Below, piece by piece: positions 27,949-41,704 of a DNA stretch of 64,000 nucleotides. The notes under the pieces are model-generated. The model was not told where the DNA came from. It saw only the letters and a list, made by a program, of their open reading frames with translations, and did no database searches. Position numbers and translations under genes: made by a program. This stretch comes from Eledone cirrhosa (taxonomy: Eukaryota): NCBI GenBank assembly GCA_964016885.1, contig OZ024742.1, positions 297,910,001-297,974,000 on the forward strand. The letters run 5' to 3'. Every line of letters starts with the position of its first letter. The first letter of the stretch is position 1.

Positions 27949-29589
27949 TTTTAAGAATCAAAATGTAAATATATGATAAATGTTTTCTAGGAAAACAGCC
28001 TAACAATATATTTTATTCCACATTACATAAATAAATATTAAACCAAAGTGTTGTAGTACTGAATATGTTACTAAAATATTTTCTTCTAAATGACTTATAT
28101 GACAGCTTTGTTGTGTTGTGCTGAAGAAGATGTTAAATTATTTAACATACTGCCTGAACCCCTTCCCCCTGATTCCTGGTTCTATGATACAAAACTTTAT
28201 TTTAAAGTGTTTATATTTGATGGGATATATTCCCCACTGTATATGTGGTTGTTGTTAGGAACGGAATCCAGCTGTAAAATCCCCAAATTTACAGTCCCCG
28301 TTGGAGCAAGGTACAGCATAGCCAACTCTGGCCAGACTTGTCTCCCAGTGTGGACGACCCATCTAACCTATGCAAGCCTGGAAAAATGGACACTAAACAG
28401 TGATGATGATGCTGATGATGATACTCCAGCTAAATAATGAGAACATTTTTATATACAAAACCCCTGAAATTTTTGACTATTTTCAAAATGATCTGAAAAT
28501 CATAGGGTGTGTTTTTCATGAGAAATATAGTAATGATCGAGAGAAGAATCAATAATCAATAAAGAAGGATAGTACAAAAAAAATACATAATTTGGTTTCT
28601 TTTCTGAAACATAATTAATTAACAACATTACCTTTGTTTTGAAATATGCAATCAAGGTAGGAATGGTATGGAGTGGTGGTTGAAAATGAATTTCTCACTG
28701 GAATATGGAGCAGCTTGCTGAATGATGCAATAGTGGCAATATTGAAGGTGTAAGAATTATCATGTGAAACAGAGATACTTGCAAATGAAAGCTTAAAGTC
28801 TTTAGCTTGAAATGTATTAAAGATACTAGCCAATAGTTAATTGACTGAAAAGAATCCTCAACTGGGTTTTTTTTTTTTCCTATGATGAAATACTATCCTG
28901 ATAGAGTATACAAAAGTACGTCATCTTTCCGATAAAGTATTAATATTATTAATACTGACAATATAGCCATATTATAAATAAAGACTAATAAAAAGCAAAT
29001 TCTATAGGAAATGCTCCATATAAAAGAACAATAGTGTTTTAGAAATAGTAGGGAGACAGTCAAACAAGGATGTCAAGTCTGTAGTGAATTAATACAAACT
29101 GATAGAGAAAAAAGTGGTTGTTATTATTATAGAAGCAGTAATTATGAAATGAATGTTATAGAAACTAAGTACATTCACCTATATTTAGAAATAAATATAA
29201 AATTGAATTGTTAATATAATAAAATACAATATAAAAAAATAAAATATAATATAAACTTGAATTGCTAATATAAAACAAATTTTTAAAACTGCTGAGTATG
29301 CAGAAAATGATTTAATCCCTATTATAAAACAATCAATATATATATAGCTTAGAATATGTCTGAACAATTAGTGAAGATTAGGTCACTAATTAGAACAATG
29401 TCACTGATAGTTTACATTAATGAAAATATAAATATATCAATTCTTATCTTTTTAGATTGATTTTATTAAATTTGTCAATCATGGACTAAAACTTTATTGA
29501 ATTACAATATTAATATAATAGATGTTATATTAATGTATATAATCTATAATTTTAGGGCATATAAACAGTAAAATACAAATGGATTGAGA

Positions 29590-29800
29590 GAAAAGCTGAA
29601 TACAAGAGACAACTATGCTTGTATGGACATGTGAACTGTATGGAGCATGGCAGTTGATGAAGCCTAAGGAAGAGGAAGACCAAATAAGGAATGGGAAGAA
29701 GTGGTAAAGACTGGCCTCAAGAAATTGAAACTCGTTAAAGAAATGACACAGGACTAAATTGTCTGTTGATTTATTTTGCTGAAGAACACTCATCTAACTA
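29590..29800 (+). mobile_element. Degraded RTE 3' fragment
   Basis: RQLCLYGHV and RGRPIRNGKK-like remnants of the RTE C-terminus. Confidence 0.5.
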
Positions 29801-30235
29801 CTAGTACAAGTACAGCAACACTCACTAAAATTAAAATTGGATATGGCTGTTCAGAAATGTTTTGTACCCTCTCTTTCATGATCCTGCCATGATATTCCAT
29901 ACACCATGCTAACTGAGCAATAGTGAAGGGGTGGAGCAGGAGAGTGAATGCATCTGATCTGACCTAATGCTACTTATCATCATTGTCTCTACTACTCACA
30001 TCACCACTAATACTAGTATGCTCTATCTGTGACCATCTCCCTTCAACTAACCCAACACATCATTTCCCCACTTCATTCTCAACTCATGCTCTCTCTTTCA
30101 ATTCAGTCTTCCACAAAGCTGGTAAGATGCCCAGACCAGTTGTGAAATATCAGCAACATTTCAAACTTTTCTTGCTGTATTTTATTAATCGGTGCTAAAT
30201 AAATAAGATTTCTATATGGGTTACTGATATATATA

Positions 30236-30477
30236 TAATAATAATGAAATTACTGTGTACAGTTCTCAGGTGCACTACAACTCGTCAAAGGTCCGTGTAT
30301 AGTAGATAGAATAATGTACAAATGTCAGTGTATGAGTCATGATATACATGTGTGCATGTGTATGGAGGGAGATATTAGGTGTAGTGTTGGCAAATTTCAG
30401 GAAGCATGGAGGTTTTAAAGGATGCAGTGTCTTTGCAGCTAACAACTGATGCAGGTAGTTTGTTCCATGTTACAGCA
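30236..30477 (-). mobile_element. CR1-like LINE 3' end
   Basis: The minus strand reads AVTWNKLPASVVSCKDTASFKTSM..*, then a 3' UTR ending GTAGTGCACCTGAG..(ATT)n. Short copies of the same tail occur at about 34485-34530 and 36268-36318. Confidence 0.7.
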
Positions 30478-30494
30478 TATATATATATATATAC

Positions 30495-33400
30495 CATCAT
30501 CATCATCATCGTTTAACGTCCATCTTCCACGCTAGCATGGGTTTGGACGGGAATTTTCCCACTTGAGGCAAGATTGGTGGTCTTGCTCGTATAGGACTGT
30601 CTGGCGGGTTTTCTACGGCTAGATGCCCTTCCTACCACCAACCACGTTTACAGTGTGGACTGGGAGGTTTTTACCGTGTTACCTACACAGCCACATTACA
30701 GTGTGGACTGTGTGTTTTTTTGTCGTGACACCTACATGCTCTCATTTGTTTCGAACTGGATGCTGTGGTACCAACATAACTTTACATTGGAAGGGGTGGT
30801 GTGGATGGGGTGGGGTAGTGGGGCTGGGGTGTATTTTGTTAGAGGTGCCTACTGACTGTAGGTTTCGCTTTGTACTTAGGCAAGGCGGGTCTTCTGTATT
30901 ACTGTGTATTGTCAAAGATCTCGGTCCAGTGACATTGTCTTGGAGAGGTGTAAGTGTGTGAGGTCGGAATTTAGCAAGTCCTCACAGGTTTTTCTGGGTC
31001 TGCCTACTCCATGGCTACCGTCTATTTTTATTGCCCTGCACTTTTTTATACAGCTGTCATCTTTCATGTGCATCACATGACCGTACCAATGTAGTCTTCT
31101 CTCGAGTAAACAGCATCTGATCCCTCTTATTCCTACTTTCTCCCTTAGTTCGTTTATACTTTGCCGTTCACGTATATTACTATTACACATTCAGCGGAGC
31201 ATGCAAGCTTCGTTCCGCTCCAGTCTGCGTATATCCTCTGCACACAATGCCCAGGTCTCACTGCCATGCAGCATTGCTGTTTGTATGCAGGCATCATACA
31301 GCCTGCCTTTCATTTTTAGTGAGAACCCTTTAGCGGCCAATAGTGGTATAAGCTCTCTGAACTTTTTCCATCCCGTTCTGACTCTAGCTACTGTACTTTC
31401 GGAGCACCCTCCACCACTGCTGATTTTGTCACCCAGGTAACGGAAGGTGTCCACTATTTCTATAGAACCATCTGTGCAATGGAATGAGCTAGTATTCTGT
31501 GGGCACTTGCTGCTACTTATTGCACCAGAGCACCGGCCACATATAAAATTTATATTCTTAGTTAGCTTACCTGTGATCCCACTACATCTTTTATGCACCC
31601 ATACTTTGCATTTGGGACATAAAATGGAGTTTCTGCCTACTCCTTTCCTACACACTGAGCATGGCCATTTCCCAGATGGGACTGGTGCCCTATTTTCCTT
31701 CCTACAAACTAGAACTTTATTCTTCGACAGGTTAATTTTAAGGCCTTTTGATTCTAGGCCATGCTTCCATATTTGGAATTTCTTCTCTAGTTCGGCCATT
31801 GATTCAGCTATGAGCGTTAGATCATCTGCGTATAGGAGTTCCCATGGGCAGCCGGTCTTGAACTCCTCTGTTATAGCCTGAAGGGCAATAATAAATAGAA
31901 GGGGGCTAAGGACAGAGCCCTGATGAACACCAACCTTTACGCTAAACTCTTCACTATATTCGTTGTTAATTCTAACCTTGCTGACTGTTTCTTTATACAT
32001 GGCTTGTATAGCTCTCACAAGCCATTCATCAACACCTAGTTTTCTAAGAGCCCACCAGATAATGGAGCGGGAGACTCTGTCAAAGGCTTTCTCCAAGTCA
32101 ACAAAAGCTAAGTATAGGGGCTTACTTTTAGCTAGGTACCTCTCCTGTAGTTGTCGTACAATGAAAAGAGCGTCTGTGGTACTTTTACCTGACACAAACC
32201 CAAACTGCATTTTTCATCTAGATCAATTCGCTCTCTGATTAGTTGCGCTATTACTTTTTCTGTGACCTTCATGACCTGGTCGATTAATTTAATGCCTCTA
32301 TAGTTACCCCTATCTAGGGCATCTCCTTTACCCTTGTAGCAGTTAATGATGATGCTGCTACGCCAGTCCTTCGGAACGATCCCATTCTGTATGACTTGGA
32401 TTGCTATCCGGGTGACCATAGTGTGTCCCACCGTTCCAGATGCATTCAGCATTTCAGCAACTATTTCCGAAGGCCCAGCCGCCTTACCCGTTTTCATATC
32501 TTTGATTGCCTTACTTATTATACTACCTTCAACTAGCACTGCTGGTCCCTCTATTGGATCGATGTGGGGGAGACTGTCTTACTCCCATTTATTCTCCTCA
32601 TTTAGTAGCCTTTCGTAGTGACACTTCCAAGCTACCTTCTTATCAGCGTCAGTGATGGCAAGTACACCATCATCATTAAGGACACACTTCTCTCCGATAA
32701 TATCACTGTTTTCCTTGACACATTGCCTAGCAATCCTGAACTCCTCACGTTTTTGGTCCTCGCGTTGTAGAACATGCTTGAACTTTCTTTCCTCTGTTTC
32801 CCTTCTTGCAAAGTACACTTGTCTCCTAGCTTCCCTCCTGGCCACTTGATAGTCTTCTCTACTTCCCCCATCCCGCCATACTTTCCAAGTCTGCTTTTTG
32901 ACCCTAATTGACTCCTCCACCTTACTGTTCCACCACCAGCACGTTACTCTCCTCCTGCCTATAGGCCTGCTCCAGCCACAGACATCATCTGCCACCTTCA
33001 GCAGGTTAGCTTTCAGGAATTCCCACTGTTCCTCTATATTGTATGACTCTAATTGCTCTTCTTTACTGTCAAAAGCATCAAGTAATATGCTTTTAAATTT
33101 ATTACTGGTTGTGGGGTCCTTTAGCTTCCATATTTTTTTCCTGAGGATAGTCCTCCTCTGTTGTCGAGTACGTCTTGTCCTGACTACGAGGTCGCTGACT
33201 ATGAGTCTATGTTGGGTGGTGCATTCTTCATGGGGGAGGGATTTAGTGTTTACAATAGACACTCTATCAGGTCTTCTGGTAAGGATATAATCTATCTGAC
33301 TGGCGTGTTCCCCTGATCTATAGGTGATCAAGTGATTGTCTCGTTTTTTGAGTTAGTGTTACAGACAGTTAGGTTATTTGCGTCACAGAATTCCAGGATT

Positions 33401-33890
33401 CTGGCGCCTTCCTCATTTCTAGTATCAAACCCATAGCCTCCATGGATTCTCATAGAATCTGTCTTTTATAACACCAGGCAGTCTGGATTGGGGTGCGTAC
33501 GCAGATATTACTGTCACAGTAGTTCTATTCAGGACAACTCTTATTTTAATTATTCTGTCGTTCACTCTATTTACGTCTATTATCTTATCTACCCATTTTT
33601 CTGCTAACATGATTCCTACCCCACCCAGCACATTGTCATTTCCCACCCAGAAAAGCTTATAGCATCGTTTTTTACCCACAATGAATCTAGCAGACCCACC
33701 CCTCCACCTGGTCTCTTGGATACAGCAAACATCAACCTCCTTGCGTTCAAGCATTTCTACAACCTTGTTAGAGCGACCTTTTAAGGTGCCTACATTCATG
33801 GTACCAACTCTGAAGTTTTGGATTGCGTTTGGTGGGTGGGAACGGTGGGGCGCGGGGAGGGGTGAGGGGGCTGGGGTTGGGGTTATGTTG
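30495..33890 (-). mobile_element. RTE-clade non-LTR retrotransposon, near full length, decayed (copy B, same family as copy A)
   Basis: ORF pieces 33425-33940 (APE), 32579-33331, 32132-32539, 31191-32210 (RT: GVHQGSVLSPLLF, LLYADD, then CSVC..CPKC..HKRC..CGRC) and 30912-31190. A (CAT)n tail starts at 30495, and both ends abut (TA)n. Confidence 0.95.
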
Positions 33891-34757
33891 TATATATATA
33901 TATATATATATAGTTGATAAATGAAACAAAACAAACACAAGGATACAAATCAAGGAAACAAAAAACGAACAAACAAGGGGATGTTATAAGATAAAGTTGT
34001 ATTAGTTTCACACTTGGGGGAAGAAAAGTGATTTACATAGTCAACATATTGGGCATTTGCCCTTCTTCAGGAAAAACACAAAAGAAAAAGATATATATGT
34101 GTGTATGTATATAGGGTGGGGTGAATGTAGTGTATAGAATCTACTTATAAGTAATGGAACAGAATATAAGAACTAAGACTAGAGGCAAGAAGGCCCCTTC
34201 AAAATCGTATAGTCCAATGCCAACAGGAACATCCAATACTCTCTTTGGTTTGCCCTGCATACACTAAGGGTCCCAAAAGAATTATAGTAGAGTTAACTCT
34301 AGAAGGATTTGAACTCGGAAGCATGATAGATAGAACTATAAAAAAAAACACCATGTACACTCTGTAAAAAGGTAGTGCTGGCACCACAATAAAATACCTC
34401 AAGTACACTCTGTAAAGTGGCTGGATTTAGGAAAGGCATCAAGCCATAGAAACTATGCCAAAATACAGATCATATGAAAGTATAATAATAATAATGAAAA
34501 TTATTGTGTACAGTGCTCAGGTGCACTACAAGATATGGCTCTCTGATGCCTCTTGTCTTGCTACATGGAAAGCAGATGTAAAATGATGATGATGATGAAT
34601 TACAAGATCCTGATCAATGTTCAGGTATACTCTGCTGTTTGTACTACACAGGTTAGTAAGATATTTGAGAGATTAAGTGAAATAAGGTACTGATTACTCT
34701 TCCCCTTGACATTTACAGTTTTTTTTTATTGGTTTATTATCTATTATTATTATTATT

Positions 34758-34855
34758 GCCGAGGTTAACTTTGCCTATCATCCTTACGGTGTCGATAAAA
34801 TAAAGTACCAGTAATATACTGGGTAATTGCTGGACTTGTGCTAAACGTAGAAACA
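34758..34855 (+). mobile_element. SINE family 2, truncated
   Basis: GCCGAGGTTAACTTTGCC..GTAGAAACAATT. Confidence 0.8.
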
Positions 34856-34979
34856 ATTATTATTATTATTATTATTATTATTGTTATTACTCTTTGAGTC
34901 TCAGTCATTGATGTTAGTTAACTGGAAAGTTTGTTGAGATGAATATCAAGCCACTACCTGCAGCCTCAGATATTCAGGA

Positions 34980-35027
<48 letters not shown>

Positions 35028-35409
35028 CATCATCATCATTTCATCAGGAAAGATTCCCATTTCTGAAAAATTAGCTATTCCTTTTTACTTTACTGCTCTG
35101 TTTACACTTCCTATTTTCCAGGAATTTAGTCTTTCAACCTTTTCTGCAAAAGAGTTCATCAATATAAAATAAAGTAGTTTTGTTAGTTTCTATTCGATCC
35201 AGAATTAATTAGTTGCTGCATAAAAAAAAATACAGCAAAATGTTAATGGATGTTTATTTGCTATGTTATTTAGAATATTACTTTGTGATGTTAATAAAGA
35301 AAATATTTTTAGACACAACCCTCCTACCGAATTGCACCTAAAATCGTCCTGGGCTTTGCTATCTTCAGTTAAAATTCACTAAATGTCAGCTAACGAATTA
35401 AATTAATGT

Positions 35410-35563
35410 TGCTTCCTCTCTCTCTTCCCCTCTCTCTATCTATCTCTATCTTTCTATCTCTTCCTCTCTCTATCTGTTCCTCTCTCTCTCTATATATATA
35501 TATATCCCCTCCTCTCTCTCTATATATATATACCCTCTCTCTCTCTATATATATATATATACC

Positions 35564-35602
<39 letters not shown>

Positions 35603-35605
35603 CAC

Positions 35606-35636
<31 letters not shown>
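35410..35636. repeat. Compound (CT)/(TA) microsatellite
   Basis: Direct inspection. Confidence 0.9.
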
Positions 35637-36060
35637 AACAGACAATGAGATTATTTGAAAACTAAACTTGAAATTGAAAATTTTATGAATTATAAATTTA
35701 GACACCTCTGGAAGCAGCTATTGAGAAGTTTATCAATTAAATGTGAACAAGTGAGGTTTGAGTTTGTAATTACTATTTTACAACACCTATAATATTTTTG
35801 TTGATCAGTTTTTTCTTTAAAATGTTCTATTCTATCAAAAAAGCAATTCATAACAAAATATTCATTAAATTTGCTACTTCTTTATAGTATCTAACTGTTC
35901 TCAAAATATATCTTATTGACTCAGATATATTTATTTTAAAAATCTTCATTGTCATTATCATCACGTTTGGAACAGCTTTCCCATGCTGGCATGGAATGAA
36001 CAGTAATTTTTTAGGCAGTGCTTTACACCTTTCACTTTCCTGACATTTTTACATTATTCT

Positions 36061-36238
36061 TGGCAGTATCGGTAGAGCATCAGACACCATGCTTTGCAGC
36101 ATAAAGTTGTAGCCCTTTGCGTTCTGAGTTCAAATCCCATGATAGTTAACTTTGCCTTTCATCCTTACGTGGTCGATAAAATAAAGCACCAGTAATGCAC
36201 AGGAATAATTGCTGGCCTTGTGCCAAAAGTAGAAACAA
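36061..36238 (+). mobile_element. SINE family 2
   Basis: Homologous to the 62062 copy. Confidence 0.85.
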
Positions 36239-37076
36239 TTATTCTATGTTCTATACATGTACCTTTGATTAGTTGTGGTGCACCTAAGCACTGTAGACAA
36301 TAATTTTCATTATCATTATGTGCATAACTAAACCAATGATGATCAATAGGAGCTATTGAAGGGAATCAATTTGGATGGATTCCTATCCTTATCCTCATCA
36401 AAACATTCAATATATGTTCAATATTTTGCCATTTTAAGGTTAAAGTCTCTTATAAGCTAAAGGCTTATCAGACCAGTGCTTATCCCCAGTTTCCTCGGCT
36501 TTAAGCAAATGAGAGTACAAGACTCTCCTTGGATAGGATGCCTGTCCATCACAGGATTAATTCCGCAGCTACTGTTGTTACTCACTCTCAGCTGAGTATA
36601 CTGGAGCAATGTGAAATAAAGTATTTTGCTCAAGAACACAATGCAGCAGCCTGTCCTGGAATTGAACAGATGACAGGAAATTTAATAAAGAAAAGAGAAT
36701 GAACAGAAACAAGGCAAAACGAAAAAGCTTTTTTGAAGAGGAAACCTTAAACATTTATTTTGAAACTAAAAATACAAATGAAATACACAGAACTCGAGAT
36801 GGACTTCTGGCAGTTTCGACCCCTACTTATAGTATTGTTGGTCCACCCAGGGACACAGCATTTTCCATGGAGTAAGAGAGAGGACAAAACAATAAGTTAT
36901 AGCAACTATGCTATAACATGTTCACATAGAATTTTATGTGACAACTAGGAGAAGGTCATGTGATTTTTATAACAATGAGATTCTTGTGAGACTGAAACAA
37001 AAGAAAAGAAAGAAAACAGAAAAAGGAAGGAGAAAAGGGCAAGAAGAAGAACGTATTAAAAATTGAAAACCATTGA

Positions 37077-37375
37077 AATTAACCGATGGCTTTACTCAGT
37101 TAAAATCATTTATTTCGATGAACATTTCGATTAAGAGAAATATAATACCAATCTTCTAAATTAATTAGTCACTTCATTAATTTTATCAATGATGGTATAA
37201 GAACATTTCATGGAATTTCATGTAAATAGTTCTGTTTCTTTATTAGATTCCAAGAGATGTTCATATCCCATCATTGATATAATCAATGAAGTAACTAATT
37301 AATTTAGTGGAATGGTATTAGTCAAAACGTTTTCGTGATAAACGATTTTAACTGAGTTAAAGCCTTTAGTTAATT
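37077..37375. repeat. Degenerate ~300-bp foldback (MITE-like)
   Basis: GGCTTTACTCAGTTAAAATC..CTAAATTAATTAGTCACTTCATT..ATCAATGATGG pairs with CCATCATTGAT..AATGAAGTAACTAATTAATTTAG..GATTTTAACTGAGTTAAAGCC. Confidence 0.8.
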
Positions 37376-37544
37376 CCTCTGAAATGTATATTATGTCCTG
37401 TGATTTTCCCTCCTGACTTCAACTACTCTGGATTATACCCTATATTCTGTGACTTGCAGGATTCAATATGAATAACACATTGAGCTTTAACACACCTTGA
37501 TAAAACATGAGTGAATATATCCACTTTCAATTGTTCTTCTGTAT

Positions 37545-37905
37545 CATCATCGTTTATATGACCATTTTTCTATGCTTCCATAGGTTGGATGGGTCCTTCT
37601 CAGCCTGGCATCTCTCCACTCTTTACACTCCTTCATCATCTCCTCTGTGAGTCTCAGTGATTTGAGGTCAGCTTTCACATATGCTGCCCAGGTCTTTTTT
37701 GGTCTATCTCTACTGCAGCTTCCTTCAAATGATACTTCTTCACCCAACGATCATTGTCCATGTGCATCACATGTCCATACCACCACAATCTTCTCTCCTG
37801 TACACCACCTCAGATTCTCTTAAATCCAGCTTCTCTCTCAACTTGTCCAATCTTTGCCTTTATCTCACATTTACATTGCATATCCAACAGAGTACGGTTC
37901 CTTCA
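37545..37905 (-). mobile_element. Degraded RTE 3' fragment
   Basis: EGSCSRDRPKKTWAAYVKADL..EWRDA plus an RTE-type tail (CAT)n. Confidence 0.7.
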
Positions 37906-37955
37906 TTATATATATATATGTGTGTATATATATAAATATATATGCATATATACGA

Positions 37956-38010
<55 letters not shown>

Positions 38011-38062
38011 CATATATACATACATACATATACACACACACAGAAATTCATATGTGTGTATC

Positions 38063-38343
38063 ATGATCATCATTTTACATCCGCTTTTACCCTGCTTGCA
38101 AGGGTGGGACGGGAACTGATTCTGGCTTGATTTCTATAGCTGGATGCCCTTCCTAACACCAACCTCATTTACAGTGTGTGCTGGGTGCTTTTTTGCCGTG
38201 GCACCTTCATGACCACTTTGCAGTGGAATGAGAGGGACCCCAGTCCTATTATCTCATTTCTACAGCTGAGTAAACTGGAGCAATGTGAAATAAAGTGTCT
38301 TGCTCAAAGAAACAACACATCACCCGGTCTGAGAATTGAACTC
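38063..38343 (-). mobile_element. SINE family 1, 5'-truncated
   Basis: Near-identical to 4505-4783. Confidence 0.85.
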
Positions 38344-39111
38344 ATGTATATGTATATATATTTATATTTATATATGTATATATATATAAATGAAAAGCAT
38401 TCCAATAGCAGCTTAGCTATCTCATACATATCATTTTCTTTACAATGGGATGAACAGAAATGTGCAACAGTTTACAAATTAACATATATGTATTTAGCTA
38501 TAAAGAAGCACAAAATATTCACACCAAAGGTCTAGTGTTTTAACTTGCATATAAAAGACCATCTAGCAAAGGTACACCACAATTTTGGAATCTTTTTGTC
38601 CAAGACCCATGCTAAATAATTAGTTTTGTTGGACTAACAATGTTAAATTCCTTAAAGACTGCCACTACACAAAATTTCATCTACCAAACCATTCTATTAT
38701 ACCTTTGTTTTTATCTCCTAAAACACAATATGAAGATAGGATTACTCTCCCCTTACATCTCAATGTGCGAACATAACTCTGAAACTTGGACTGTGATGAC
38801 CTTTCAAGCATGGAAAGCCAGACGTAAAAGGATGATGATAATGATGAATGTGGATGTATATATGTATATATACAAAAGTGTGTGTGTATATATATATATA
38901 TATATACATATGTCCCACCCTTGCAAGCAAGGAAAAGCGGACGTAAAAGGATGATGATGATGATGTATGTATATATATATATATGTATATATATATCAAC
39001 ACTAAAGTGAACCTAAACATCGAGTGCTCACCTGGGTGAACCTACAGCAACTCCAAGTTACACTCCCTGGATACATAGCTCCTACCTAGTCGAGCGCTTA
39101 CCTGGAACACC

Positions 39112-41704
39112 ATGGAATTGTTCTACAACACTTCCTCCCTAAAGGACATACCTATACCCTCGGATGATGTATACATGAACCTTCTACTAATGCAGACCAA
39201 CAATTTCATTAGACAGATCCGCTGGAGGGCCTACCACTACAACAACAGGAGGGCCCCTGGATCCGACGACAATTCCACCAACCACCTGAAAAGAATATTC
39301 AAATCGAGGAAAAACCCACCGCACAACCCACTCCTAGAGGAGTTTCAGGACAGGATTATTACCATGGCCTGGAGTATTAAATTTAGAAAACCTCTGCGAA
39401 ATCCTGACAGAAGTGCATTCCTGTCTGAGCTCACACCCACCGTACAGAAAGTCAGGAAAAGCCCTGGCATCATCGTACCGGCAGATAAGACCGGAAACAT
39501 CTATAATTTGGAGTACAAAACCTACAAGAAATGCATCATAAACGAACTAGCTAAAATATACAAAACATCAACACGGGAAAACCTAGCACACATAAACAAA
39601 CAGGCAAAAATGATAATGACAGAATTGACCATAGACGACAGGACACAACCATACAACCCTAGGAGACCGAGGATATCGATTAAGGACCACAAACCGGACT
39701 TTCAATCCAAACTATCAGTCAGACTCATAGCCCCCTCTAAATCAGACCTAGGTAGACTAAGCAAATGCATCATTGACCGGATAATGCCAGAACTAAGAAA
39801 TAGGACTAAACTCAGCCTCTGGTCCTGTACAAAGGAGGTAATCGACTGGTTTTCCGGCATTGAAACCAAGTCGGATGTTCGATTCGTCCAAATGGACATT
39901 GCAAACTATTACGCCTCTATATCCCTGGTCATCCTAAACAAGGCACTGATCTCAGCCATGAACAGATGAAGCCTCACCAGAAAGGAGGTAGATATCATAC
40001 TAGTAGCTAGGAAAACTTTAATAGAATTTGATGGTAAATTATGGGAACGACAAAATAGACCAGATAGCTTCGACATTACTATGGGGTCTAGTGACTCCGC
40101 ACAGGTTACGGATATAGTAGGCCTATACCTCCTAAATATAATAACGGACGAGACCCCACCATAGGCGGAGGCTTGTACCGGGACGATGCCCTACTCATGG
40201 CCCGCGGACTAAATAATAGCCAATTAGATAGACTATACAACGACTTAGATATATATTTAAGACCCAAGGATTAGCAGTAGAAATAGAGCCCAACAGTAGG
40301 ACAGTAAACTTCTTAGACGTCACATTAGAATTAGACACAGGTCTCTACCGCCCATACCCTAAACCCAACGAAAACCTGAAATATGTCAACAGATACTCCA
40401 ACCACCCTAGGAGCATAATTAACTCAATAGTTAAAAGCGTTTCCAACAGAGTGGACAGAACTATCTGCGAACAGAACTGTCGGCGAACAGAACTATCTTC
40501 AACCAGCATGCGGAATACTATAACTCCGCCCTTGAAAAGGCTGGGTACAATGAGAAGATAACTTACAATGACCAAACTAGAACCGCAACGCTGCTAAACC
40601 TAAACAGACCTTTAGAAACGCATATAGACGAGGACACCCCACCTAGAACTAATACTAAGCAAATACCACCTTTAGCCGGCAGGACAGGCAGCGTTACACA
40701 CAACTGCCATGGAGATAAAGCTACACTATCCAACGCCAGTAAGAACTCTGAATATCGCACATGACAACCTAGTAATAGAGACCCAAAACTTAATGACAAT
40801 AGAATAGCATGAACCCCCATGACAAATACGCCTGACCAAAACACACCCACGCAACCACCAAACCACAACAACCACACTAAACACTGTAAAGCCCGAAGCA
40901 GACCCGTGACATGGTACAACGCCCCGTACTCCATACACGTTGCCACCAATATACTGGGAACCTTCTTCAGAGATCTTGACCAATCGTTCCCACCCACACA
41001 CAAATACCACAAGCTCTTTATAGACACACTGTCAAATTCTCCTTCTCCACAACACCAAATCTCGGCGACACGATAGCACACGCAAATAGGACAAAAATAT
41101 GCAAACACATGATAGCACCACAACCAAACACTAGCACAACCCAGAACGAAACAACACACACAACACAACACAACAACCTACATGCCAGCTCCACACATAA
41201 TACGTACAACCGAAAACGTGACAACAAACCCATAATCCCATAATCCCCAACTGCAACTGCAAAAAGCGGGGGGAATGCCCACTAAACGGGGAGTGCCTCG
41301 TTAAAAACATTATTTACCGCTGTGATGTCACAACGGGCCAAAGAAAGTACTCCTACATAGGGGCGATATCGACTACATTTAAGGAACGCTGGTATAACCA
41401 CCAAAGCTCCTCCAAACACAGGCCCAAACGAACCCAAACAAGACTGGCAGACTTGATCTGGAACCTCAAAGACAAGAACTTGGAATACCAGATCAAGTGG
41501 TCAGTTATAAGACGTGTGGCCCATCTCCTCAACGACAAAAACCACTGCAGATTATGCCTCGCCAAAGCGGCTGAGATCATTAAATTGAAATAGGCCATAA
41601 ACTCAAGATCTGACATTATTATAAACTGTAGACACACCAGAATGACCACCTTCTCTGCACAAACATTCGGCCGAGGGCCAAACACTAACCCTGACCAAAC
41701 GTAA
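39112..41704 (+). pseudogene. PLE reverse transcriptase-GIY-YIG endonuclease, disrupted
   Basis: Manual translation across frames gives SLKDIPIPS, ADKTGNIY, IKDHKPDF..RLIAPSKSDLG, DIANYYASI, FDITMGSSDSAQVTDIVGLYLL, GGLYRDD, VNFLDVTL, YSNHP, TWYNAPYS, CNCKKRGECPLNGECL, NIIY..YIG, FKERWYNH, IKWSVI, CRLCL and NSRSDIIINCRH. There are several frameshifts and stops. Confidence 0.9.

Noticed and set aside
36805-36855. Minus-strand GACC..GGTC-GAAAC stem resembling a hammerhead
   Set aside because: The core reads CTGGGTG rather than CTGANGA, which is too degenerate to call.
39967-39969. In-frame TGA in the PLE ORF with the frame continuing, suggesting selenocysteine readthrough as in some Naiad PLEs
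   Set aside because: The same ORF has several frameshifts and a TAG stop, and I identified no SECIS. Ordinary decay is the simpler explanation.
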